A DNA stretch of 63,902 nt, filler included, from Octopus bimaculoides (lineage: Eukaryota), in NCBI RefSeq assembly GCF_001194135.2. It is 6 parts of 6 records of this genome, joined end to end, with 100 filler letters (N's around TTAATTAATTAA, not from the genome) between each part and the next. Parts side by side here need not be neighbours in the genome. Positions count along the whole stretch, not along the records: positions 15,438 to 30,837 come from NC_068990.1; positions 30,938 to 33,865 come from NC_068987.1; positions 33,966 to 61,162 come from NC_068981.1; 3 more parts are not named here. One strand, given 5' to 3'. Below, piece after piece: positions 23,421 through 37,810 of the stretch. The position numbers and the translations under genes are program-made. The stretch's first letter is position 1. Each line of letters opens with the position of its first letter. The notes below the pieces were generated by a model. The model was not told the DNA's origin. It made no database searches and was given only the letters and a program-made list of their open reading frames with translations.

Positions 23421-23864
23421 AGAAACAAATTATAGCTTAGAAAATGGAGAGACTTCAATTTTAGGTGAGAAAGAGCAGAATTGGTAAGAGGGTATAAGCA
23501 ACTAAACTACCACAGGCATGAAATTAGCATCCTTTATTATTTAGTGACTCATCCTAATTTTGGCACAAGGCCAGAAATATAGAGGGGATGGGTAAGTCGA
23601 TTACATCAACCTCAGTACTCAACTGGTACTTATTTTACCGACCCCAAAAAGATGAAAGGCAAAGTCAGCCTTGGCAGAATTTGAGCTCAGAATGTAAAGA
23701 CGGACGAAATACCGCTAAGCATTTTGACCGGCGTGCCAATCATTCTGTCAGCACGTCATCTGTCTTCCTGGGTCCATATGATTGAGAAAAACTGCTATAG
23801 ATGAATGGAAGAGGAATTATAATGAAAGATAAGAAAAATATAAGAAATATGATAACACATAAAC

Positions 23865-23977
23865 ATATTATATTATATTATATTATATTATATTATATTA
23901 TATTATATTATGTTATATTATATATTATATTATATTATATTATTTTATATTATGTTATATTATATATTATATTATAT
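23865..23977. repeat. (TATTA)n pentanucleotide repeat
   Basis: Direct reading. Confidence 0.95.
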
Positions 23978-25597
23978 GTAATGAATGTTGAAGGAAACTT
24001 GAAAAATAAAAAAACAATGTTAGGATAGGATAGAAAAACTGGTTTATCAGTAACTCTCACACTTCATCCAACAAAAAAATGATGCTGGGAGAATACTAAC
24101 GATTTCTCATTTTGGTACAAAACTATATATTTGTCGGTTCGAAATGTAGTTGACTGCATCGACTTGCATAAATGCCTTGTATTTTATCAACCTATGAAAA
24201 GTGAAATGCGACCTCAATACCGAGTTAAAACAGAATAGCGAAGAGAGAATTACATTCTCTTCGGCAGTTGTTCTATCGTTTTTCAGTACATATCCGTCTT
24301 TTATCTAACACCTCCGTCTGTCATTTCATTTCCTCAGTATGGGTGCAGGCATGGTTAAGATATTTTAATCAAAATGTAGCATCGCTCATGCAGCAAGATT
24401 CTCCACTTCACACCAACGATATTGTCCAAGAGAAAAGCAAAGACCGATACAACTTGAAATCACTGTCGTAAAAAGCCGGGATAAATATCACAAGGCATTT
24501 GTACAGCATTCTAAGAATTCTACCAATTAAGAAGGATGAAAGGCAAAATTGGTCTCGGCTGAATTCGAACTCACAACATAGGGTGTCGGAACCAATGCCA
24601 CAAGATATTTTAACCAGCACTCTATCAATTCTGCTAATCTTTCACCTTAGAAAGGTGCTTTATTCTATTCACCCCAGAAGGATAAGAGGAAAATTCTGCT
24701 TAGATGGTATTTGAACTCAGATCGTAAAAAATTGGACGCAATTCATTACTGAAGTACAAAGCAATCAATATGCGCGGAAGTGGCAGGTATACTTAATCGT
24801 ATTGACTAGATGCTAGTACTTCCCTGGTACATGTGTTATCCAGCCGAGAAATATAAAACACAAAGTAAGCCAATCACGGCGCGCTTTGAACACAAAAAGT
24901 AAAGAAATGCAACAGAAATAGAAGAGCGTTTTAGCTGACAAATCTATCGATTCAACAAATCCACTATCCTAAGGTTAACACAATCAATACATATAGCATC
25001 ACTAACAAATTTGTTTTTATTTATTTATGTATTTATTTATTCTAATATAACCTCTACTTCAGGCGAGTGCGCAAGGGTGTCAAATCTCCCTCAAATCACA
25101 CACTACCACCACGAAAATGGAACGATATATTGAATAAAGTCCTTTATAGGATTGTCATAGCTAAAATATATTTGATCATAGAACTCCTGGATCAGGGATG
25201 ACCTGAGCATTAAATAACAATAACATCGTTTCTCATGCCACAAAGCATCGGTGAAGAAACAAAGAGAAGTACAAAATCATATTAACTACGATTCAGATTT
25301 TGTACCCGAATTTGAAAATCGATCGGCAGACGTGACCCAAAATATTTTTTAAAAAATGAAATAGTATTAATATATAAATTTAGGGTGTCCTGTTATCAGG
25401 ATCAACATTTTTTCTGACAACACCATTGTTTTGTGTGGTGCCAGTGGATGAAAAACATGAGGTATGAAATGAATACTGTCCTTTCATAGGACTATTCATT
25501 TTATTCACATTTTAAAGTGAATAACTTTACACATGAAACAGATGCAAAAAACGCATGTTTTATATTTCAAGTGACCACACACATATGTGTATGTATG

Positions 25598-25648
<51 letters not shown>

Positions 25649-25700
25649 TCACACACACATTCATTCATACATNNNNNNNNNNATACACACTCACACACAC

Positions 25701-25744
<44 letters not shown>

Positions 25745-28700
25745 GTAAAGCTATACACGCGGTTCAACGTTCGAGAGTTTAGTGTGTTGGACTTACCAAA
25801 CTAATCTCTTAACTGTAAATATATTCTTTATATAGGAAAAAAATGTAATGTTTTTTCTGAAATTTCTATCAAACAATTAGGAAGTTAGACAGTATTTTTC
25901 ATAATATGCCTGTTAATCATAGAGAAAGAATAAATATAATTACATAAAGCAGCATAAACATACATACAGATATATGTCTACCTATATCAAGAAAATTCAG
26001 CCATACATATGTATGAGTAAATCTAATCCGTTACCCGGTCTAACACTATGGTCTAGCAACTTAGATGCTTCAGCGGCGTTCACTCTGTTGTAAGTATTAG
26101 GGCCAGCTCCTCCGGTTTGAGGATACATTCCCTCGCCCCACCTCCCGCCATTCCCCGAGGAGGTTCTATACAGTCATGGACACAACTTTCTTTCCTGACT
26201 AAAGTTATATATTATGTCATATATTATACTTAGGACGGTGACTTATTTCATGTAATTCATGAACAAAATCTAAAGGGAATGATTTATATAGATTCTGTTT
26301 TTCAAACAGCACACATAAAATTATATAGCATCAAAAGAATTTTATGGAGATACTTCTGTAGTTACTGAATAACCTAAATAACAAATCAGTCATTGGTTTA
26401 AAAAAATGAACCAACTTTCCCTAGCCATAACACCGGGTTCGAGAAAAAGATTAATGTAATAAGAAAAAAATATCAGTAATATTAGTGAGTATTAATTTGT
26501 AAATCGAACTTGAATATTAACTGGAAATAGACAAGGATAATTAATGTTAAATTATTACTATATTTGTTAGAATTTGATTACCATAGAAAGGTATTTAAAT
26601 AGAAAATTCTTACGAAAATACAATTAATTACAAAATTTAGAAATACTTCGGACAGGACGAATTCTTTCATAAGAACAAACGGAAATTCAAATTTGAACGA
26701 TTTGGTTGGAAGTTTCTGGAAGAACAGAGAATTAGACGTTGGTGGGTTATACCCACGAATAAACTTTGGTCGCTTACTTCAGTGCAGGATGGCAAGAAAT
26801 CGCAGAAGTAATTAAAGTGGTGCTAGCTTTATAAAGGAAATGGGAAAACATCAGAACTGGATTAAAGTAATACCTTGGGTTACCTTATTCATATCTGGTC
26901 GGTTATATAAAGGAATAACTCACCTACATCCACCCAAATCAGAACAACTGTCTGATTAGTCTGTACAAGAGGCTTACTTTAATTACAGTATGCAACACAA
27001 ATGCATATCAAATTGGCCATACATTACTACAGTAGGAAAACGGAAAGGTACCAAAACTCAAGATACCAAAGATAGAAGCAAAACGTTAAGATACTTCAAC
27101 AATGAAATCATCTGACAATTTTCTATAATCTTGGTCCTTTGAATTGTTCAAGCAACATACGCCGAATGAAAATTAACATTTCTTCCGAAAAAGAAAGAAA
27201 AGAAAGCTAAAGTAGCATTTTTAACTCTACGATATAGTCCTGGAATCAATAAATTCTAAAGTGACTTACCTTTATTGCTTCTTTCCTGCATCAGCGCCAG
27301 CTTCAATAAGTAACTTCTTAAATAGTTCAGCAAGATTTAAGAAGAGGAACAATCAAAACATTGCTTTGTATATATTGACTGACCTGCGATTATATCGTAC
27401 ATTCAAAAATGAATTTACAAGAACATTAAACTAAAATTTATTTTCAGAAAGGGCACGAAGATTACCATGCCGAAACAAAAACTAATCGTAGCTAAATCCA
27501 CCGAACTGAATGAAAATTACATTATTATGAAATTAGAAATACCTTGCAGAAATATATCTGCCTATAGATAATATGGCACTCATTCAAACACGAAGGACTA
27601 GTACGAGAATGTTAAGAAAGGCCGAGAATGAATCTTTAGAAAGTTAAATCTCTTACAAAAAAATAAATAAATAAATAAATCTCATGCACGATTTTACAAT
27701 CTCGACATTGCCCTACAGAATACAACAGTGGAATAAAACAGATACGTGTAAGATGGCTTGCAAAACACGAAATTAACTCCATCCACTGTCATAGCCAAAA
27801 ATAAATGAATAAATAAAAAATAAAAAACCTGATAATAGAAATTTCTAAGGTTAGCAATAAACCAAAAAGCCTGATATACGGAGGAAAGTCTAATGAGACA
27901 TTTAACTACTCGCTGCTGAATATTCATTGTTCGTCAAATTAAAAAATCTTCGAAATATCCAAAGAAGTTATCTAATGTACTTACTGTGAAATATCTAAGG
28001 CTTTACTCTAAGAAAAAGGGCGATTTATAATAAATATGACTATTCTACAGAATACTCATATATTTACAGAGGGTAAAAGAACAGGCGTTGTTATGAATGA
28101 CTGCAGGCGAAAATATGCTAACAAGTAGATGTTACTGCATTATCTAAAAGAAAACCTATCAGTAGAAGCTATTAACAATTATAAAAGTAGAATATGCACC
28201 ACATTTATATCTGTAAAGAATATGAAGAGTAAAAATTTCAACAATTCCGTTTAAAATAGAGGCACATTATAATTTTAGGTTGGATTTGAATACGAGTTTA
28301 GTATGTAAAGTGATTATGTATTCAAACTTTAATTTTACAGCCAATATCTTTAATAACAAAAACAAAGTAATAAGACAATAGTTTGTAATTTGTTCTCTTT
28401 ATCCAGAGCAATGGATCTAAATCTCATCTAATTGTCCAGCCAACAGCCTATGTGCCATAGTTCTGATATAAGAAGGCTAGCCAGAACAAGGCAACAATAA
28501 CAACAGCAGCCAGAAAAATTGTAACAATAACAATTACGACAACCAGGTCACACCTTTTTTGTTGTTGAAGGATGGATATAGTCGATATACCTTAGTATTT
28601 GATTGATATTTCATATTATCAAGCCCCGTAGAGGAAAGGCAAAATTAACCTCGGTGACATTTGAACTCAAAACCCAGGGGTTAGTATTTTCATACCGTAA

Positions 28701-29469
28701 GGTTCTCTGAATTATCCTTTGCATATCTACCATCCATTGCCATTAATGATTTTTTAAAACAACATTTCTAACAAAAGGCCACAAATTTTGTGGGGAGAGA
28801 TATAAGTTAATGATATCGACCCAGTATATAACTGGTAATTCATATTATTCACCCCGGAATAATGAAAGGCAAAGTTGAATACGACAGGATTTTAAATCAG
28901 TAGGCAAATGACTGTAACTAAATACTGAAAAGTATTAAATTGTTGTTATTTTGTCGATCCCACCGAGATCAGAACTCAAAATATAAAAGATCTGCAATAG
29001 TAAGGAGGAGGAAGATACAACTACTTGTACATAAAATGTGAAAAGGCTAAAGTGTAAACCAAAACTTGGGCTACAGAATACCATGCTAGGTGGAAAGGAA
29101 AGCTCCTAGCTGGCCAGTACCTGAAAGAAGCTGAGCAGGCTTGAAATAGCCAACGAAAAAATCGTAACTCTAGCTGAGAAACGCAGTTCTCAAAGCTAAG
29201 ACTGCGGTACAGGTTCAAAGTCTTCTCACTAGAAACTACCAAAAGCATGTAATGAAGTAGAATCTGCTCTTTTTGTCTTTATTTTATTTAAGTTCAGACA
29301 GTGTTGTTGGTTCAAAGAAACAATTGACTACATTGTCTTCAGCTGGTCCGTCTTTGCTAAGAAAGAATACATCAACCGGCATAACAGAGATGGGACCCAC
29401 ATATACGAGAAGCTATGAAGCATTGTATTACAAATAAGACTATTGAGTAGTAGTAGTAGTAGTAGTAGT

Positions 29470-30185
29470 TCCAAATTTTGGCGCAAGTCCAGCAATTTTA
29501 GCGGGAAGAGATTAGTCGATTACATTGACCCAGTACTTGACTGGTACTTTATTTTATCGACCTCAACAGGATGAAAGGAAATGTTGACCTTGATGAGATT
29601 TGAACTCAAATAACAAGGACGATAATAACAACTGCAACAACAACAACAATAATTTCTTCTAAAAGCACAAGGGCCTCAAATTTGGAGGAGGGGACTAGTC
29701 GTTTACATCGACGCCAATGTTTCACTGGTACTTAATTCATCGAGCCCGAAAGGATAAAAGGTAAAGTCGACCTCGGCGGAATTTGAACTCAGAACGTAGA
29801 GACAGGTGAAATACGGCTAAGCGTTTCGTCCAGCATGCTAACGATTCCACCAGCTCACCGCCTTAATAATAATGACAATAATAACAATAATAATAATAAT
29901 AATGTCAAATTTTGCCACAAGGGCATCAGTTTTGGAGGAGGGAATGAGTCGATTACATTGACCCCAGTGTTCAACTGGCATTTATTTTATTGACCCTAAA
30001 ACGATGAAAGGCAAAATCGAGCTCGGCAGAATTTGAACTCAGAACGCAGTGACGGGTAAAATGTCGCTGAGCATTTTGCCCGACGCGCTAACGATTCGAC
30101 CTCGGCGGAACTCAGAACGTAAAGACGGACATAATGCCGCTAACCATTTTGTTCGAGGTACTAACGATTCTGCCAGCTCGCCACA
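29470..30185 (-). mobile_element. Tandem array of three SINE family A copies (~29470-29610, 29655-29863, 29905-30185) separated by (AGT)/(AAC)/(AAT) tracts
   Basis: Repeated gtcga.tacat.gaccc...ggatgaaagg.aaagt.gacct...atttgaactca modules, all in the same orientation. Confidence 0.85.
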
Positions 30186-30190
30186 TTATT

Positions 30191-30252
<62 letters not shown>

Positions 30253-30295
30253 GAACAAACAATAACAACAACAAAAATAATAATAGCAATTATTA

Positions 30296-30342
<47 letters not shown>

Positions 30343-30614
30343 TATTAACATTAAGCTAGTTGATAGATTAAAGACATTTAGGCCTTTAAGACATGTATCT
30401 ACCATCCATTTGTAATCGACACAACTAAAGGTGATACAAAGTCATCTTAGTAAGTATGTTGACAATTAGCCTAGAATAACGGCACTTTGAATAAAGTTGA
30501 ATATCATGATAACCTTAGAACTTTTGAGAATTTTTTACATAAAACTCTTCTACTAAACTTGTGAAAGTTTTGGTAACTTTGAATCAACATCCAAGTTGTT
30601 ATTGATGATGATGC

Positions 30615-30676
<62 letters not shown>

Positions 30677-30937
30677 ATGATGATGATGATGGGGGAGAAT
30701 GGGGAGAAGGAGGCAAAGGAGAGGGGCATGTTATTCCGATTGGCATAGGCACGTTCCAAAAAATACCAAAGTAGGTTCAGTAAACAATTTTTTTAGGGAA
30801 TTGTCACACAGCCATTTTGTTAGCATTTACCGTGAGCNNNNNNNNNNNNNNNNNNNNNNNNNNNNNNNNNNNNNNNNNNNNTTAATTAATTAANNNNNNN
30901 NNNNNNNNNNNNNNNNNNNNNNNNNNNNNNNNNNNNN

Positions 30938-30969
<32 letters not shown>

Positions 30970-31139
30970 GTATATATATATTTGTATTATATACATATAC
31001 ATCTCTATATGTATTAAATGTTTGTGTGTCTATGCATTTTTGTAAATATATCTGTATGGATATTTGCATGGATACGCAAGGATATATACTGTACTCATGT
31101 ACATGTATGGATATATTTCTACAGATATTTATATGGATA

Positions 31140-31710
31140 TACATGGTCTGATCAGTAAGTATCCAAACTGTTGGTATAGTAACAAAGCTAAAGCACGCAG
31201 AGTAAAGTCGCTTGACACATATTGACTTTAAGCCTTTCTGTGCTTGTGCACTAAGTTTTAATGTTGTAGCTCACTTCCACTGCTTGCAGCAGTGCTTCGA
31301 AGGAAGGTGTGTAGCGTGTGATCGTCGCATTGAATATGACAGAGAAAGTTGAGCAGAGAATCTCCATCAAACTTTGTCAAAAGCTTGGCGATAGTTGCTC
31401 AGAGGTCTACGAAAAGTTTTCAAAAAGTTTTCATCATTCTTGACATAATCAAGGAGATCTTGTGCAACTAAAACGCGAGTGACCTTTTGGTCAGCCGAAG
31501 GCAGTTTTAGCACAAACTTGGCAGACACAAGTCTCGTAACCAAATCTTCAGTGACAATGGACTGAACTGAACCGTAACTAGTCTGCACATCCTCTGATAA
31601 CTCAAGGATGTCGATTCGACGATTTCCTCTCACAGCTGCACGCACATCTGCGATGTTTTTCTCAGTTCTGCTGGTTGCGGGTCTCCCCGAATGTTGCGGG
31701 TCTCCCAGAA
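31140..31710. mobile_element. Mariner relic with an internal inversion
   Basis: TIR-like acatggtctgatcagtaagtatcc; plus-strand MTEKVEQRISIKLCQKLG (31336-), then minus-strand SGRPATSRTEKNIADVRAAVRGNRR...VSAKFV...NDENFLKT. Confidence 0.85.
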
Positions 31711-32250
31711 TAAATATTTCAACAAAATGACGGTACCTTTTTTAATTACAATGTTACTTTGTAAATTAAAATCAAATAATTTTTAATATTCAGAATTTAT
31801 CCTTTGCTGCAATATTTTTAGCAAAATTTTTCTTGGTCTCTACTTAATCAGATGTAATAACTTGTCCTGAACTTTTCCAACTTTATAATCTTTATTTCTC
31901 CTGTTCGCATTTTACCATGTAATTCATGTTTTTTCTAGGTTATGCTATTACGCTAATTAATAATGTGTCAAATGTGTCAATTGATAATTTTTTTCCTTAC
32001 CTCAATGATGCCGGTGACATATATTAAAAGTTCCCTTATAGAAGAACTATATCCATAAAAAAAAAGTATAGAATTATATTATCACCCTAAAATTTGAGAA
32101 ACAAACACTCATAACTTTTTTCTTTTAAAACTTCATTGCATGAATTGATACCAGAACATTCCTCAAATTGAGCTCTATCATTTGGAGCTGATGATGGTTG
32201 ATGGGGAGATACGGGGAGATGGCAATCATTTGCAAAGATGAAGCAATCAC

Positions 32251-32285
<35 letters not shown>

Positions 32286-33499
32286 TACATATAATAAGGA
32301 GTATGGAAACTTGCACATCCACTATTTTTATTTTAAAGTTATATGCAACATATAACAATGACTTACATGTGTTTCCGCTACATCTACTGCACATTGTTAA
32401 AGATGAAACACTGCAATATTGTCAGTGCAGTTTCATCAGGGTCTGTCCATTTGAGTTTTTCATTCATGGAGCGTAATCAATAATGGACCGCTTTATATCG
32501 TAGATTATGTCCCTGTCTTTCAAATCCCAAATGATTTTACTAAGATTCGTAAAGTACATTTCTTTCTAGACTTAAATGAAGAAAATTGCTTATTTAGTCT
32601 ACATTTACAAATTTGTAGCAAAATGGCCTATGTAATTATACGGACGATCTCCTGCAATTACTATATATTGTTAAACTGTAGTCTTCCTTAAACATTGATC
32701 TATACACACACACACTTATTGCGTTAACATCTGTTGGGCAAATATTATTCACTATTATGAATACTTACTCATTTTAGGCTTGGATCATTATGTATATTCT
32801 GTTATGCCTATATTTAAAAGAAGTTTTTCACAAAAGACATTTCGCCATATTTTCATTGTTTGCTATTTTGGCACCGGTGGGAAGTTTTTGTCAAAAGATT
32901 TCTTTAAAACTTAATCATAACAAACCAGGTATTATTGTCTGAATCGGAAAAAAGGAAATATGCACAGTATAAGAAATTCAAGTGAGATATTATTATGAAA
33001 AATTTCTTTAAAACGTAGACCTAACAGGCCAGATATTATGATCTGAGACTGAATCAAATAAGTACGAGAGTAGTGAAAATACTGGTGGGATGTTTATGTG
33101 AAAAACGTATTTATAATATAACAGACGAGACCTTATGGTCTGAGAATGAAAAAAAAATCAAGCGTACCGAGTAGTAGAAATAGTAATGTCATATTGTCAC
33201 GAAAAATCCTCTTTAAAATGCAGGTCTAACAGATCACGCATTATGATCCTAGATAATAAGTGTTTATAGTATGTATGTATTAAAAGCCTCAGAGAGGGAG
33301 GCTGTGTACATACATATGTATGCATGTATGTTTATATGTAACTACGCTTGTATGAATGTATGTGCGTACGTAAGTCTATGTATGTATGTATGTATGTATG
33401 TATATACAAACATTCTTATATTTTAGCTTTTACTTGTGTCAGTCATTAAACATTGGCCATGCTGGGGCACCGGCTTAGAGAATTATTTTCTGTTAATAA

Positions 33500-33712
33500 C
33501 GGTTTCAAATTTTGGCACAAGGCCAACGAGTTCGAGGAGAGAGTAAATCGATTACATCGGCTCCAGTGTTTTACTGGTTCATATTTTATCGCCCTCGGAA
33601 GGATGAAAGGCGAAGTCGATCTCGGCAGAATTTGACCTCAGAACATAAAGACGGATGAAATGCTACTCAGCACTTAGTCCGGCGTGCTAACGATTCTGCA
33701 AGCTCGCCGCCC
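33500..33712 (-). mobile_element. SINE family A
   Basis: Same modules as 19113-19330, reversed. Confidence 0.8.
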
Positions 33713-33992
33713 GAATAATAACAATAAGAAATGCATATGTATGTTGGTATGTATGCATCTTTGCATGCCAATATATCATAATATAATACATATATAACTT
33801 AATAATATATGTATGTATTTGTGCATGTAACAATGAAAAAAACTGTGTGCGTGAGTGCGTGTGAGNNNNNNNNNNNNNNNNNNNNNNNNNNNNNNNNNNN
33901 NNNNNNNNNTTAATTAATTAANNNNNNNNNNNNNNNNNNNNNNNNNNNNNNNNNNNNNNNNNNNNTATATATATGTATATATATATATCTAC

Positions 33993-34028
<36 letters not shown>

Positions 34029-34032
34029 CTAC

Positions 34033-34063
<31 letters not shown>

Positions 34064-34071
34064 TACATATA

Positions 34072-34102
<31 letters not shown>

Positions 34103-35089
34103 CTACACATATATATATATATGTATATGTATATCTATGTAACAATGCACACCACATCCCACCCCCACCAGTACTACAACACCTCTGTTTTAATTATATT
34201 GTTTTCTGGTTTTCATAAAAGTACAAATAGGAAACCAGAAGTTCATTACTTCATCAAGATTTGAAACTGAGCTGGATGGTGTCACACACACTTAGAATTA
34301 GATGCATTCTATGTGAGCGTGTGTGTGTGTGTGTGTGCATTTATGGTCTAAACTGCAACCCTACCTTCCCACCATGTACACGCATGCACAAAACTGAAGC
34401 TTAAACTGTTGGTGGTGTAACTTACAATAAAAAGCATATGTAGTATCCATGTGATTTTGTTCCTCCTCCTCATCTCTTCTCTTCTTTTCCTCACTCACCT
34501 AACCAAGCCCCTCTACTAGAGGAGATAATAGAGCAAGGCTGAATTCTAGAATTAGCAACCACCCACCATTAGTGCTGTAATTGTCAGCTCTCATCTTCCT
34601 TCCCCAAAGCACTGGCACATAAACAAGCACACTCATACAATAACACATATGTGCACACATGTACAGATATATAAACACTAGCATATACACAAGCACAGCT
34701 TAATACATTTTATATCTCTAATATACATATTTCCCCATTTAGAGAGACTTGAAACATATCATAAATATTTGCATACCACACAATCACAAATATACATATG
34801 GTGTAATGGTGTGCGTGATTATGTGTACATGTGTGTGTGTATGTAAATACATACACAAACCATATACACACATTAATATATAAGATGTTTCTAACAAACA
34901 TCTACCAAAACAAAGGCAACAAAGTAATTTGCGTCAACCATTATAGCATTTCCCTTCTTTCTATTGCCAATAAGAGCCTGGGCTGTCTTATCTAGAAGAA
35001 ACTGATTACTCATTCTGTAAACCCTGGATTTACTCTGAATTCTGAGGGTCTTTAGGTTGTGCAGATGAAGAATTGACATGATTTGCTAC

Positions 35090-36300
35090 TTAAGGCAGGT
35101 TGCAGGAAATGTACGGCAGAGAAATTTGGGATTTTGCATTGTATTTGTGGACTTTACCAAGGCTTTTATATGGTAAATTTGGAGACTCTCCGGAAAGAAA
35201 ATCAGAGTACTTGACAACATGCTAAATATGATTATTTTCTTTTATAAGAGCATGAGGACTACAGTCATTCCAGCTAGTGAATCCTCTGAGTCCTTTGACG
35301 TCAGTAATAGCACCTAGCAAGGCTGTTTGTTAGCTCCTGTATTGTTTGCTCTTCATTTCTCAGTTATGCTTGCTTATGCCTTCGAAGATTTGGTCAGGAG
35401 AGTCAAATACATTTCTCATCTTAGTGGAGGATTGTCTAACTTCTGATGATTCAAAGCAAATGCACTGAACAAGACAAAACTTTTTCTTGCCATGCTTTTT
35501 GTTGAGGATACTGTACTTGTTGCAACTTCAGTTTATTGTGGAATGTTTCTTGCTAAAGCTTTTGTTTTCACCATAGGCTTAAAGAAAATGGAAGTTATTC
35601 ACCAACCCAAGACTACTCCTAAACAAAAGAAGGAAGAAAAACTCACCCAACCTGCTTTTACTCTTCTAACAAATCACATACAAGTTGATATTATGATCTA
35701 AAATATGTAATATTTTTTCCCTATTTGGAAAGTAGCAGTAATGTAAGTGCTTCTTGGGATGATCAGATCATTAATAGGTTATCCAGATTAACTAATCACT
35801 TTAATGAATTGCAGCATTCCATCTTGAATGAGAGAGGTTTTACTCTGGAAACAAAGGCTAGGTGTATCAAACTGTAGTCCTTTCACTTTGCTCTGTAGAA
35901 TTGGAGCTTGAACTTCTTATAGGTAGATCCCTTATAAGTCACATATAGTACAATTACATTTTCCACAAACATTACTTGCATAATATCAAGTGGAAGGAGA
36001 GAATTTGTCATGTTGATCTTTTCAAATGTGGCATAACAGGTATTGAAGCTTTTGTTATCCAGTATCAACTTAGTGAGATCAGTCATAAAATTTGAATGAG
36101 AGGGAAATGCCTTCTTCTACTGCCAACTTTATGATGGTACATGAAATGCTTGGGAGACCATTCCTAAGATACATAGATAATCTGAGATCAAATTTATCTA
36201 CTTCAAATGTATCCATAACATTGAAAGAATGGTGGCAGAATTCCATACAAATTATAGAAAAAATTATGCCACAATCTTAAAAAAGATTTTGAGTCTTCAG
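35090..36300 (+). mobile_element. Decayed RTE-clade LINE reverse transcriptase
   Basis: By-eye FVDFTKAF, LF(VE)DTVLVA (FADD-like), F..TIGLKKMEVIHQP, FPYLGS-like segments; many stops and frameshifts. Confidence 0.8.
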
Positions 36301-37373
36301 TGTTACATAAATTAACAATGAACAAGGGTAAATAAAAATATGAATCCAACCTGTTACTCTTTGCCACATTTTCTCTGCAGTTTGTTAGAGCTGTGGTTTT
36401 GTTTAGTTGTTTTGATGTCTCAATGAAGACACAAACTCTAGATGCTTGACTGAGTGGTTGGATCATTGATCAAAATTGACAGGAGAGTCCCATCATATAT
36501 AGAAAGTCAAAAAAACAGTGGGAGAAATTGCACAGGACTTGAATGTTCTTTTGTATTTTCTCCTGTCGACTGGTGTATTGGCTATGATAGTGAGCAGCAG
36601 AAATGTTGGTTACATGTTTAAATGACTTTCCAAGTACAGCAAAGTTTTTGATGGGTCCTGAAAGACTCTTTATCTTTTCCTGGTAGCAAGAAACAGAATT
36701 TGAATTTTAATTGTACAAAACAAAAACAGATACCACACAGCATATCACCTGACACTCTAGCATACAACCAATTTGCTAGTACATTTTTTATTGACCCCAA
36801 AAGGATGAAAGGCAAAATTGACCTAGGTGGAATTTGGGTAAAGAGACAGAACAAATAATTTAAGGCATTATATCCTAGGTTCTAACAACTCTACCATTTT
36901 GATGCCATAATGTATATAAACATATCATTCTTATCGATGCCATCATCATTGCCTTTATCATTTTAGTACTTGCATTTTTCTATGCTTGCAAGGATTGGTT
37001 GGGTCTTCTCCAACTCAGTATCTTGCAACTTGTTGCAGTCTTTTGTCATTTCCTTTGTGAGGTTCAGTACCCTGAGATTAATTTTCACTATTTCTGCCTA
37101 TGTCTTCCTTGGACTAACTTTTCTACAATTTCCTTTCACTGATATCTCTTGATCTTTCTTTACTTAATTGCTATCATCAATATGCAATACCAGTGCAATT
37201 GGCTCTCTTACTCACACACACACACACACATATGAACATCATCCTTCCATGCTGACATAGGTAAGAAGATTCGGCACAGGTTGGCAAATCTGAAGACTGT
37301 ATCTAGCTCAACTGTGCACTTTGGCATGGTTTCTATGGCTGGAGACCTTTCCTAATGCCAATGTACACGCACG

Positions 37374-37420
<47 letters not shown>

Positions 37421-37449
37421 ATACCAGTGCTTTACATCATAAAATTGAC

Positions 37450-37810
37450 TAGTGAATTCCTTGAAACTTTACATTAAACAGATATCTTGGACATTTCTTC
37501 TATGGTCATTGAAAGTTCATTAAAAATGTTCTGATATATATACACATCTGACACGAAAAACATACTCTAGCAAGGGACATATCTAGAAGGACAGAGTGGA
37601 TGTGGGTTCCCCACTTGGGCCACATTTGCAGATTTCTAAATGTCAGACAAAGTGGAAAACACTGTTGTTTCCAAGTACAGTCATACTATCCATATTGAGT
37701 ATGTTGACAATATATTTATTGTAACCAATGTAGATGAATGGACCACTAGTCTTAAAGATGATCCGGAAAAGAAGTCTATACTTTCACAATCCACCATAGC
37801 TCTAACCTTT
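37450..37810 (+). mobile_element. Penelope-like element RT fragment
   Basis: VDVGSPLGP(T)FADF.MS..ENTV...YVDNIFIV matches the PLE motif MGSPL.P..A...YVDDIF. Confidence 0.7.

Noticed and set aside
25586-25742. Mirror-like duplication atacacactcacacacaca around a 10-N gap
   Set aside because: Probably overlapping contig ends in a microsatellite.
27290-27345. AELFKKLLIEA resembling MIF4G GELFKLKMLTEA
   Set aside because: It continues as GADAGKKQ* with no other MIF4G residues; fits ankyrin-like or chance better.
29470-30185. Repeat-spacer-like periodicity suggesting a CRISPR array
   Set aside because: Eukaryotic SINE copies of ~200 bp separated by microsatellites; no cas genes.
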